Shown piece by piece: positions 17,332-24,934 of a stretch of DNA of 33,573 nt. Source of the DNA: Solirubrobacterales bacterium (GTDB lineage Bacteria; Actinomycetota; Thermoleophilia; Solirubrobacterales; 70-9); contig DASUUD010000152.1 in the NCBI GenBank assembly GCA_036374255.1, positions 1 through 33,573 of the forward strand. The letters are read 5' to 3'. Both the position numbers and the translations under genes were made by a program. Every line of letters begins with the position of its first letter. Position 1 is the stretch's first letter. The notes beneath the pieces were generated by a model, which was not told the DNA's origin, ran no database searches, and saw only the letters and a program-made list of their open reading frames with translations.

Positions 17332-17502
17332 ATGCGCAGGAAGGCCACAGCGGTGCTCCTGGCGGGAGCATTCGCGCTTTCGGTGCCGGCAGCGGCATCC
17401 GCCGCCAACCCGCACGCGGGCAAGTCGGGACACTTCAAGGGAAGCTCCAACCCCTGTAAGTCGTCCACGAATAATCCGAACTGCCCGCCGTTCGGCAGAT
17501 AG
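17332..17502 (+). CDS. Small secreted peptide (56 aa) with Sec signal and a cysteine pair; not in the ORF track
   Basis: Hand translation gives MRRKATAVLLAGAFALSVPAAASAANPHAGKSGHFKGSSNPCKSSTNNPNCPPFGR*. AGGAGG (17321-17326) lies 5 nt upstream of the ATG. The signal peptide ends in ASA. The region has locally lower GC. Confidence 0.55.
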   Translation: MRRKATAVLLAGAFALSVPAAASAANPHAGKSGHFKGSSNPCKSSTNNPNCPPFGR

Positions 17503-17530
17503 TCCGGAGAACAGCGCTGAGGAGAGTTCG

Positions 17531-17562
17531 GCGGCGGAGGCGATGTCTGTCTTCGCCGCCGC
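17531..17562. terminator. Candidate hairpin between the convergent small-peptide and RTX genes
   Basis: GCGGCGG(AGG)CGA (17531-17543) pairs with TCGCCGCCGC (17553-17562) for 10 bp with a 3-nt bulge and a 9-nt loop. No U-tract. Confidence 0.3.
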
Positions 17563-17602
17563 GCCACCGATTGAGTCGCGTCCCGATACCTCGGGGCGTT
17601 GC

Positions 17603-20600
17603 TCAGGGAATCCTGCGCTTCTTCTCGCAGCTCAGAGCGTCGGCCCGGTCGCGGCCCGGCCCTCCGTTGCAGACGTCGGGCCTGCCGCGGCCACCTATCA
17701 GGACGTCCCGATGCCCTCCTCCGAAGAGGCGGTCGGGGCCGGGCCCGCCGTCTAGGCGGTCCCTCCCGCCGTTGCCGAGGACGATGTCCGCCCCGGCGCC
17801 GCCCTTGACGAGGTCGGGCCCGGCCTGGCCGCCGAGGCGGTCCTTGCCGGCGCCCCCGACCACGCGGTCCTTGCCGCCGCCGCCGCAAATGCGGTCGTTG
17901 CCGCGCAGCCCGTAAATGCGGTCGTTGCCGCCCAGCCCCGCGATCACGTCCGCCCTTCCGGTCCCCTTCAGCACGTCCGGCCGGGCCGTGCCGACGATCG
18001 TCGCGGTCTTGCCCAGGCACTTGACAACGGGTGGGGGCGGCGGAGGCGCCGGAGCTGGGGGAGGCGGCGGAGGCGGGGGAGAGCCGGTGTTGTAGAGGAC
18101 TTTCAGCGAGCGCACCAGCGGAGTGGCAGAGAACGGCGCGGCCGAGCTGAGGTCGAGCCGCACCCGCAGCGACGGATGGCTCTGCGTGGAGACCCCGCTC
18201 AGGTCGATCGTCGTGTCGCCGTTGGTGGAGAGCGCCTTGGCCGCCAGCTCCTGGATACCGTCAGCGCTCAGCACCTTGACAGTGCCGCTCGCCGTACCCG
18301 CTCCGGTCGGCGAGAACTCCTCGCCGCTCACCGTGAGCGATGCCCAGTTCGCGGCAGTCACGCCTTCGGGCGGCGAGATCTCATGGGTCGTCGCACTGCC
18401 CGCCGGGGTGAACTGCACCGGCGCGTGCTCGATCTCGACCTTGTCGAGGGCCGGGTTGCCCGACGGATCGGAGAGCCGGGCCTGCCAGCGCACGCCGCGC
18501 ACCGTGAGCAGGAAGCTGAGCGCCTCGTTGGCGTTTTCGACCGTGACGGGGAAGTAATCCGACCAGAACTGGTTGCCTGAGCCGCCGCTCGAGTAGGGCT
18601 GCTCAAAGCTCATCCACAGCGTCACCGTGCTGCCGCTGGAGGTGCGGGTGATGCTGCGGAAATCGCGCACCGTGGTCGACTCGTTGCCGAGCTGGTAGGT
18701 CGCCCATCCGTTCGGTATTCCAGATACCGGTTCCGTAGGGGTCGGGAAGGCGCCTGTGGCGTGTCCGCCGCGGGTGCGTCCCGTGCGGTCGACGCCGCTC
18801 GAGAAGACGTGGACGGTCGAGCCGTCGATCAGCATCCCGGTCGGCTCGACTCCCGCCTCGTCCGCCGAGTGGGGCAGCTGGCTCGGGTTAAGAGCGACTC
18901 CCTGCCTCGTCCAGCTGACGCCGTCTTCGGAGGTCGCGTAGCAGCCGCGCTCGATCGTCCTGCCTTCGAGTTTCTCGAGGCCCGTGTAGAGCATGCGGTA
19001 GTCGCCCGCGCCGGCTTTGACCACCACCGGATCCCTGGCGCCGTTCGGATCGCAGGTCTGGCTGCCGTCGAGGGTGATCTGCGAGCCGGCTCCGAAGGGG
19101 CCATCGGGACCGTTCGCCGCGGGTGAGACGGCCCTCCCGATCGCGGTCGCCCCTCCCGAGGCGGTGCCCGTGTAGTAGAGGACGTAATCGGTGTCCTCGA
19201 TGATCGACGGATGGCTGACGCCGCTGGCGTCGAAGCCGCCGCCATCGGGAGCGAGGATCTGGCTGCGTGCCGACCACGACTCGTTGTCGGGCAGCACGGT
19301 GCCCAGCTGCTCGGGCGCGGTCGCCAGCCCGATCGACTGGATCCCTTCTTTCAGGCCGGTGAAATAGAGGAAATAGTCGTCGGCTCCTCCACCGCCGTTC
19401 TGCTCGTAGAGCACGCTCGGGTCGCGCTGGCCGTCTTTGTCGAAGGCGGCTCCGTTGCCGAGCGGGAAGAGGGCGTCGCCGGCGGCTTCGGAGACGGGCA
19501 CCTTCGTCCAGGTGCTGCCATCAGGGGAGGTCGCCTCGCCGAGCCTCGGCTTGAAGTCGCTGCCGCGGTTGCCCCAATAGAACCCGACGAACTTGGTCGC
19601 CGCCCCCGGAGGCTCGGCGAGCGCCAGGCCCGAGGCCTGCCTGCCATCGAAGGCTTCACCGAGGGCGCCGATGTCGAGGACGCAGCGCAGGCATTCGACC
19701 GGTCCGTCGAACCTGCTGAACGAGTTGCCGTTCTGCGAGGTCGCGAGGCCGATGCGGCTGTGGAAGTTGCCGTTCGCGTCGATCGCGTTGCCGGAGTAGT
19801 AGAGCTTGTAGGGGTCGGGGCTGCCCGGGTCCTCGAGGATGTCGGGTGAGTTGAGGTTGGAGGCGTCGAAGCGGCTCGACTGCGGGTTGAGGGTCGGGCT
19901 CGGGGCCGACCAGGAGATCCCGTCGCTCGAGTCGGCGTTCATGATCCGCGTCTGGAAGACGGGTTCGAGCGCGGTGCCGAGGTTCTTGCGCCCCGCCAGC
20001 AGCATCTCGAAGCCGCTTTGTGTCTTCCAAACCGTTGGGGCCCAGGCGCCAAATTCGTAGTTGGCGTTGGAGCCGGGATCCTCGGGCGAGATCACCTTGC
20101 CGCCCTTGGTCCAGGCGATGCCGTCGGGCGAGGTCGCGTAGGCGACCCGCCGTTTGTTCGAGTCGTCGCCCGTGTACCACATCTTCCAGGTGGTGCCGTC
20201 CCTGAGCACCGCCGGGTCGGCAGCCGCAAAGCTGTCCGGCGAGCCGGCGGACCCGTGATCGAGCACGGGGTCGGTGGGCTCGGCGGTTTCAGGGTCGTCG
20301 TGCTTGGTCCAGGCGACGCCGTCCGTCGAGGTGGCGTAGCCGATCGCCCCGAAGATCTCCCCACGGCCCGAGTACCACATCTTGTACGGGGCGCTGGAAT
20401 CGCTCGAGTCGTGGATGACGTCGGGTCCGAACACTCCATGCTCGTCGAAGGCTCCGGGATCTCCCGCGAGCACCGGGGTGCCGCCGTTGGCGCGGGCCCA
20501 CGTCTGACCGTCCGAGGATTCGGCGAGGAAGATGGCCGGCCCGTCACCGTCCTCCGCGGTCCCGGAGTACCACATCAGGTAGGTCGACCCGACCTTCGCG

Positions 20601-21031
20601 ACGGCGGGATCGTCGATGTTGTCGTTATCGAGGACGGAGGCGGGCGCCGGGCTCAGCACCGGGTTGGCGCCATCGGGTTCGAGCGGTAGCAGGGTCGGCG
20701 GGAGGACGAGTCTTGCGGGCCCGCCGTTGCCGCCGCTGATGTCCGTTTCGAGGGTGCGCAACCCCACGGGCGCAAAGGGGACCGAGTCCCAGGTGATTCC
20801 GGTGTCGAGGTCGGCGGCAGTGTCCCAGGAGGTCGTGCTGGGCGTGCCGCTCGTTTTCAGCCGCAGGCCGCCGAACGTGTCGAGGGTCGTGCCACTGAGC
20901 GTGTCCAGGCACGAGGTGTCGAGGAAGCCATCGAAGTAGGCGGTGTCATCCTGCGAGCATGCGTGCGCCGCCCCCGGGAGGAGCATGGAGACAGACGCCA
21001 CAAGCAGCGATGTCAGCAGAGCGCGCTTCAT
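17603..21031 (-). CDS. Large secreted protein: Asp-box (BNR) beta-propeller-type repeats, poly-proline linker and C-terminal RTX-type Ca-binding repeats
   Basis: Signal peptide MKRALLTSLLVASVSMLLPGAAHA. Six S-x-D-G-x-x-W Asp-boxes (SSDGQTW, STDGVAW, SPDGIAW, SSDGISW, SPDGSTW, SEDGVSW), mostly 15-25 residues downstream of WYSG/WYTG/YYTG/YFTG strands as in GH32/43/130-like propellers. Linker PPPPPPPPAPAPPPPPP. Then about 11 GGxGxD nonapeptides. Confidence 0.9.
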   Translation of the reverse strand: MKRALLTSLLVASVSMLLPGAAHACSQDDTAYFDGFLDTSCLDTLSGTTLDTFGGLRLKTSGTPSTTSWDTAADLDTGITWDSVPFAPVGLRTLETDISGGNGGPARLVLPPTLLPLEPDGANPVLSPAPASVLDNDNIDDPAVAKVGSTYLMWYSGTAEDGDGPAIFLAESSDGQTWARANGGTPVLAGDPGAFDEHGVFGPDVIHDSSDSSAPYKMWYSGRGEIFGAIGYATSTDGVAWTKHDDPETAEPTDPVLDHGSAGSPDSFAAADPAVLRDGTTWKMWYTGDDSNKRRVAYATSPDGIAWTKGGKVISPEDPGSNANYEFGAWAPTVWKTQSGFEMLLAGRKNLGTALEPVFQTRIMNADSSDGISWSAPSPTLNPQSSRFDASNLNSPDILEDPGSPDPYKLYYSGNAIDANGNFHSRIGLATSQNGNSFSRFDGPVECLRCVLDIGALGEAFDGRQASGLALAEPPGAATKFVGFYWGNRGSDFKPRLGEATSPDGSTWTKVPVSEAAGDALFPLGNGAAFDKDGQRDPSVLYEQNGGGGADDYFLYFTGLKEGIQSIGLATAPEQLGTVLPDNESWSARSQILAPDGGGFDASGVSHPSIIEDTDYVLYYTGTASGGATAIGRAVSPAANGPDGPFGAGSQITLDGSQTCDPNGARDPVVVKAGAGDYRMLYTGLEKLEGRTIERGCYATSEDGVSWTRQGVALNPSQLPHSADEAGVEPTGMLIDGSTVHVFSSGVDRTGRTRGGHATGAFPTPTEPVSGIPNGWATYQLGNESTTVRDFRSITRTSSGSTVTLWMSFEQPYSSGGSGNQFWSDYFPVTVENANEALSFLLTVRGVRWQARLSDPSGNPALDKVEIEHAPVQFTPAGSATTHEISPPEGVTAANWASLTVSGEEFSPTGAGTASGTVKVLSADGIQELAAKALSTNGDTTIDLSGVSTQSHPSLRVRLDLSSAAPFSATPLVRSLKVLYNTGSPPPPPPPPAPAPPPPPPVVKCLGKTATIVGTARPDVLKGTGRADVIAGLGGNDRIYGLRGNDRICGGGGKDRVVGGAGKDRLGGQAGPDLVKGGAGADIVLGNGGRDRLDGGPGPDRLFGGGHRDVLIGGRGRPDVCNGGPGRDRADALSCEKKRRIP
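17648..17965 (-). repeat. RTX (hemolysin-type) nonapeptide repeat coding region
   Basis: GTGRADVIAGLGGNDRIYGLRGNDRICGGGGKDRVVGGAGKDRLGGQAGPDLVKGGAGADIVLGNGGRDRLDGGPGPDRLFGGGHRDVLIGGRGRPDVCNGGPGRD has degenerate 9-residue periodicity. Confidence 0.8.
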
Positions 21032-21109
21032 CGGCCCTGGGGCGCAACATCGGCTTCCGCGCTGAAACCTTGAGCGGCGCGTGGGCGGGGTCGCCTGACC
21101 GCTACTTCC

Positions 21110-22582
21110 CTAGTTCGGTGGGATGTTCTGGTTCAGCCGGAAGAGGTTGTCGGGGTCGTAGCGGCGCTTCACCTTCTTCAGCCGCTTGTACTTCTGCGTG
21201 CCGTAGGCGTCGCGGACCCGCTCCTCGCCCTCGCTCATCAGGAAGTTCACGTACACGCCGCCGGTGTGGTGGGGCTCGAGGGCCGACCAGAAGTCGCGCA
21301 CCCACTGGCGCTCCTCGTCGAATCCCTCGGACTCCGCGGTCGCCGCCGTGATGTTGAAGGTGTAGCCCGCGCCGCGACCGGTGAAGGCCGTCTCGTCCTC
21401 GCCGACTCGCGAGACCGCCCCGCCCATCTGCCAGATCGGAAACGCCGTCAGCGGGGATCGGATGCGCAGCGAGTGCTCGACGGTGATGTCGATCACCTCG
21501 TCGCTCAGCTCGGCCACGTCGCAGGCGCGCATGTAGTACCACCGACCGTGCGGAAAGGAGGGGTCGAACATCGCCTGGTGCTCGAGGTAGGGCTTGGGCT
21601 CGCAGAGGTCCAGCACGGGCGAGCCGAAGGCCTTGAGCGGGGCGACCGCCTTTTCCCCCTCCTCCAGGGATCCCGCCCAGCAGCAGACCACGGCGACCAC
21701 CAACTCGCCCTGCAGATGGGGTGGGACGAAGTCGAGCGACGGCGCCCTGCGATGGATCACGATCGTCATCAGCTCGTCCGGCGCCTCGGCGGCCCACTCC
21801 CTGTAGAAACGCAGTACCTGCGACGACTCCTCCATCGGCCAGAAGACCGGCCCGGCGAGGATCTGCGGGCCGACCTGGTTGACGCGGAACTCGAACTCGG
21901 AGACGACGCCGAAGTTGCCGCCGCCGCCGCGGATGCCCCAGAAGAGGTCGGCGTTCTCCTCCTCGCTCGCCCTCACCAGCTCGCCCTCAGCGGTGACCAC
22001 CTGGGCGGAGAGAAGCTGGTCGATCGTCAGACCGTACTTGCGGTGAAGCCAGCCGATGCCCCCGCCCAGGGTGAGCCCGGCGAGGCCGGTGTGGGTGACG
22101 ATTCCTGCGGGGACCGCAAGCCCGAACTCCTGCGTCGCCCGATCCAGCTCGCCGAGCAGCACGCCGCCCTCCGCCCTCGCGGTGCGGGCATCCGGATCGA
22201 CGGTGATCCCCTTCATCGGTCCCAGGTCGAGGACGAGGCCGCCGTCGCAGACCGAGTGTCCAGGGAAGCTGTGCCCGCCGCCTCGGACGGCGAGGGGGAG
22301 GCCGGTCCGCCGCGCGAACCCGACGGCGGCGCTCACGTCGCTCGGGCCAGTACAGCGAGCGATCAGCGCCGGCTGCCGGTCGATCGAACCGTTCCAGACC
22401 GCCCGGTGCTCGTCGAAGCCGGCACCCTCCGGCCGCACGATCTCGCCGCTGAACGCGGCCTCGAGCTCGACCAGCGCAGAGGGGTCGAGCTTGGGCGGGC
22501 TCGCGTGCTCCATGACCGTACGATTCTGCCGATCGGGGTCGGGGCCGTCAAACCGCCCGTCTCTCAGTTGGGAGCTCGCCAC
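21110..22582 (-). CDS. FAD-linked oxidase (PCMH-type FAD-binding domain with BBE-like C-terminus)
   Basis: LAVRGGGHSFPGHS FAD-binding block and the C-terminal YVNFL...YGTQKYKRLKKVKRRYDPDNLFRLNQNIPP BBE-like motif. No signal peptide. The start is the GTG at 22582 or the ATG at 22513. Confidence 0.85.
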   Translation of the reverse strand: MASSQLRDGRFDGPDPDRQNRTVMEHASPPKLDPSALVELEAAFSGEIVRPEGAGFDEHRAVWNGSIDRQPALIARCTGPSDVSAAVGFARRTGLPLAVRGGGHSFPGHSVCDGGLVLDLGPMKGITVDPDARTARAEGGVLLGELDRATQEFGLAVPAGIVTHTGLAGLTLGGGIGWLHRKYGLTIDQLLSAQVVTAEGELVRASEEENADLFWGIRGGGGNFGVVSEFEFRVNQVGPQILAGPVFWPMEESSQVLRFYREWAAEAPDELMTIVIHRRAPSLDFVPPHLQGELVVAVVCCWAGSLEEGEKAVAPLKAFGSPVLDLCEPKPYLEHQAMFDPSFPHGRWYYMRACDVAELSDEVIDITVEHSLRIRSPLTAFPIWQMGGAVSRVGEDETAFTGRGAGYTFNITAATAESEGFDEERQWVRDFWSALEPHHTGGVYVNFLMSEGEERVRDAYGTQKYKRLKKVKRRYDPDNLFRLNQNIPPN

Positions 22583-22853
22583 CGCATCGCCTGGAAGTTG
22601 CAGGTGTTACAAGGACATGGGCAGCTATTGGCTTGATGAATTAATCGAGACGTTGCTCGACGAGCGGCGGGAGAACGTGGCGCTGGCACTGCTCGCCGCG
22701 AGTTGCCTGATGGGCATCGTCGCCATCCGGCGCCACTGACTGGCGGACTTCGGGCAGGGGAAATGGGGCGCCATGTTGGCCGCCCCTTGCCGGCGGGTAG
22801 TTCGTGCGAAGATCGAACCGATCCACGCGAGGTGGCGAGCGAGAGGAGCTGAC

Positions 22854-23216
22854 GTGATTGAGGATCACTGGAACCGGCGCCGGACGGCGCGCGCGAGGGC
22901 GCTGATCGCGGCGTTCGCGCTCGGTCTGACGGGCCTTGCCTGGGCCGGTTGCGGAGACGACGACGGCGACACGGGGACCGTTCAGGAGCAGATCGAAAAA
23001 GGCGCCGAAGAAGCGAGGGAGGGCATCGAGGAGGGCGCCGAGGAAGCTCAGCAGGGACTCGAAGAGGGCGGGGAGCAGGCTCGCGAGGGTCTTGAGAAGG
23101 GCAAGGAGGAAGCCCAGAAGGGCCTCGAAGAGGGCAAGGAGTCGGCCCAGGAAGGCATCGAAAAGGGCCAGGAGGAAGTCGAGAAGGGGATCGAAGAAAC
23201 ACCGCGCTACCCCTGA
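22854..23216 (+). CDS. Putative lipoprotein composed of six 11-residue acidic amphipathic repeats
   Basis: The GTG at 22854 is preceded by GAGAGGAG. The Arg-rich n-region, hydrophobic core and AWAGC lipobox-like site are followed by IEKGAEEAREG / IEEGAEEAQQG / LEEGGEQAREG / LEKGKEEAQKG / LEEGKESAQEG / IEKGQEEVEKG. Confidence 0.7.
   Translation: MIEDHWNRRRTARARALIAAFALGLTGLAWAGCGDDDGDTGTVQEQIEKGAEEAREGIEEGAEEAQQGLEEGGEQAREGLEKGKEEAQKGLEEGKESAQEGIEKGQEEVEKGIEETPRYP
22992..23189 (+). repeat. Six imperfect 33-bp tandem repeats (coding)
   Basis: DNA periodicity of 33 bp underlies the 11-residue protein repeat. The units share ...GGC/GGG-(A/C)TC-GA(A/G)-(A/G)A(A/G)-GGC... cores. Confidence 0.8.
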
Positions 23217-23222
23217 GCCTGT

Positions 23223-24584
23223 GTGGCGGCGATGAAGCTGGGTCGCCTCCATCTCTTCGTCGCCTTCTCCTTCACGGTGATGGCCGACCCGGTCTCCTCG
23301 GTCGCCTACGCGATCGAGGCGACCCTGAGAGCGCTCGACGGCGAACTCGCCCACCTGGTCGCGACGATGGGCCTTGTGGTGGGGATCGTGGTCGTCATCG
23401 CAGCGACCTACCACCAGCTGATCGGGCGCTTCCCCTCCGGCGGCGGCGGCCCCGAGGCGGTCGGCGAGGCCTTCGGAGAGGGCTGGGCATTCGTGCCCCT
23501 GGGCGCGCTTCTTGTCGACTTCACGCTGACCGTTGCGGTCAGCTGCGCCGCCGGCGCGGCGGCGCTGATCGCCTACGCGCCTGATCTGGCCGACGCCCGC
23601 CTGCCGCTCGCGCTTTCCCTCGCGGTCGCTGTCGCCGCGGGAATCCTGTTCGGCCATCGCGGCAGGGTGGGCTTCGCGGTCGCCACCCAGGCATTCCTCC
23701 TGGCGGCGGCCGCGATCATCGTGGCCGGCGTGTTCGCCGACCCGGCTCCGGCTCCGAACGGGGGTCCGTCACCCGAGGGGGGCGAGCCGTTTATCGCAAA
23801 CGCTTCCCTGATCACCGTGCTGGCCGCGCTGCCGCTCGGGATGGCGCTGGCGACTGGCGTCGAGGCTCCGTCCAACGCGATCGCCCAGCTGCCCCAGCTT
23901 CGCGACCGGGGTCGGCGTCGCTTCGGCCGCCTCACCCTCTGGCTGATGGTGGCCCTGGTCGGCGCGCTGACGCTCAGCTTTGCCGCACTGGCGGTCCACC
24001 TCGGCATCACCGTTCCCGGCGAGGACTCGACGCTGCTCGCGGATGTTGCCAGGAGGGCGGTGGGCGACGGAGCGCTCCTGGCCGGCTTTCAGGCGGCCAG
24101 CGCCCTACTCCTGCTCGCCGCGGCCGCCTCCTCCTACCTGGCCGGCTCCGGTGTGCTGAAGGCGCTCTCGGCCGTCGGCCTCGACGGGCGCAGGGGTCTG
24201 CTGCCGGAGCCGTTGCACCGCCAGAACCGCTACCTGGTTGGGCATTGGGGGGTGATCGTCGTCCTGGCAGCCGCATCCGTGATGATCGTCGCGGCTGCCG
24301 GCCACGAGCAGGACCTGGTCCAGTTCTACGCGGTCTCCGTCTTCGCCAGCTTCCTCGCGGCGACGCTCGGCTGCGCGCGGCTCGCCTACCGCGACGGCCA
24401 GATCGTCGCCATGGCGGTGAACCTGGTCGGGGCGGCCCTGGTCGCGCTGATCCTGGCGCTCAACCTGACCCGGCTCGACTCGGCGATCGCCCTGGGCGGA
24501 TCGCTTTGCATCGCCCTCTACCTCTGGCTCCTCTGGGTCGCACGTGGACGCCCCGGTGGAGTCATCCGGGCGGCGGCGGGGTAG
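23223..24584 (+). CDS. APC-superfamily permease-like polytopic membrane protein
   Basis: About 450 aa with roughly 12 hydrophobic segments. The N-terminal DPVSSVAYAIEA and GGGGP blocks resemble amino acid/cation permease-like proteins. The start is the GTG at 23223 or the ATG at 23232. Confidence 0.7.
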   Translation: MAAMKLGRLHLFVAFSFTVMADPVSSVAYAIEATLRALDGELAHLVATMGLVVGIVVVIAATYHQLIGRFPSGGGGPEAVGEAFGEGWAFVPLGALLVDFTLTVAVSCAAGAAALIAYAPDLADARLPLALSLAVAVAAGILFGHRGRVGFAVATQAFLLAAAAIIVAGVFADPAPAPNGGPSPEGGEPFIANASLITVLAALPLGMALATGVEAPSNAIAQLPQLRDRGRRRFGRLTLWLMVALVGALTLSFAALAVHLGITVPGEDSTLLADVARRAVGDGALLAGFQAASALLLLAAAASSYLAGSGVLKALSAVGLDGRRGLLPEPLHRQNRYLVGHWGVIVVLAAASVMIVAAAGHEQDLVQFYAVSVFASFLAATLGCARLAYRDGQIVAMAVNLVGAALVALILALNLTRLDSAIALGGSLCIALYLWLLWVARGRPGGVIRAAAG

Positions 24585-24604
24585 CGAGTGCCTACCCTGT
24601 GGCA

Positions 24605-24934
24605 ATGGCCGAAAACCGGGATCTTGACGAGTTCGAAACCTTGGTCGCGGACGCGATCGACGCCCTTCCGGTCGAGTTCCAGAAGGTGCTGGAGAAGGTG
24701 CCCGTCGTGGTCTCCGAGCTCGGCACCGAGGCGCGCGCCTACGGGCACTACTTCGGCGACGGGGTGGCGCGGGAACGCTACGAGGACCGCATCGTGATCT
24801 ACCGGGACACGCTCGAACGCGATTTTGGCCATGATCAGGAGTTGCTCGCCAAGCAGGTGGAGCGCACCCTGCGCCACGAGCTCGCGCACCACCTCGGCTG
24901 GGGAGAGCGGGGCGTGGGGGGCCTGGGTCTCTGA
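24605..24934 (+). CDS. Minimal zincin metallopeptidase-like protein (Zincin_1/DUF1025-like)
   Basis: 109 aa with the pattern FETLVADAIDALPVEF...VVVSE...IVIYRDTLER...TLRHELAHHLGW, an HExxH motif at the C-terminus. The internal ATG at 24605 of track ORF 24245..24934 is used. Confidence 0.8.
   Translation: MAENRDLDEFETLVADAIDALPVEFQKVLEKVPVVVSELGTEARAYGHYFGDGVARERYEDRIVIYRDTLERDFGHDQELLAKQVERTLRHELAHHLGWGERGVGGLGL

Noticed and set aside
17648-18079. GC-rich repetitive DNA (RTX and poly-Pro coding region) as a possible CRISPR or other non-coding repeat array
   Set aside because: The repeats are degenerate, 27-nt periodic at best and entirely in frame within a long ORF. There are no spacer-like unique segments and no cas genes.
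22617-22739. 40-aa ORF (MGSYWLDELIETLLDERRENVALALLAASCLMGIVAIRRH) in the divergent gap upstream of the lipoprotein gene
   Set aside because: It has one plausible TM segment, but the AAGGA is only 2-3 nt from the ATG. There is no conservation evidence, and it lies where promoters of the flanking divergent genes are expected. Too weak to call.
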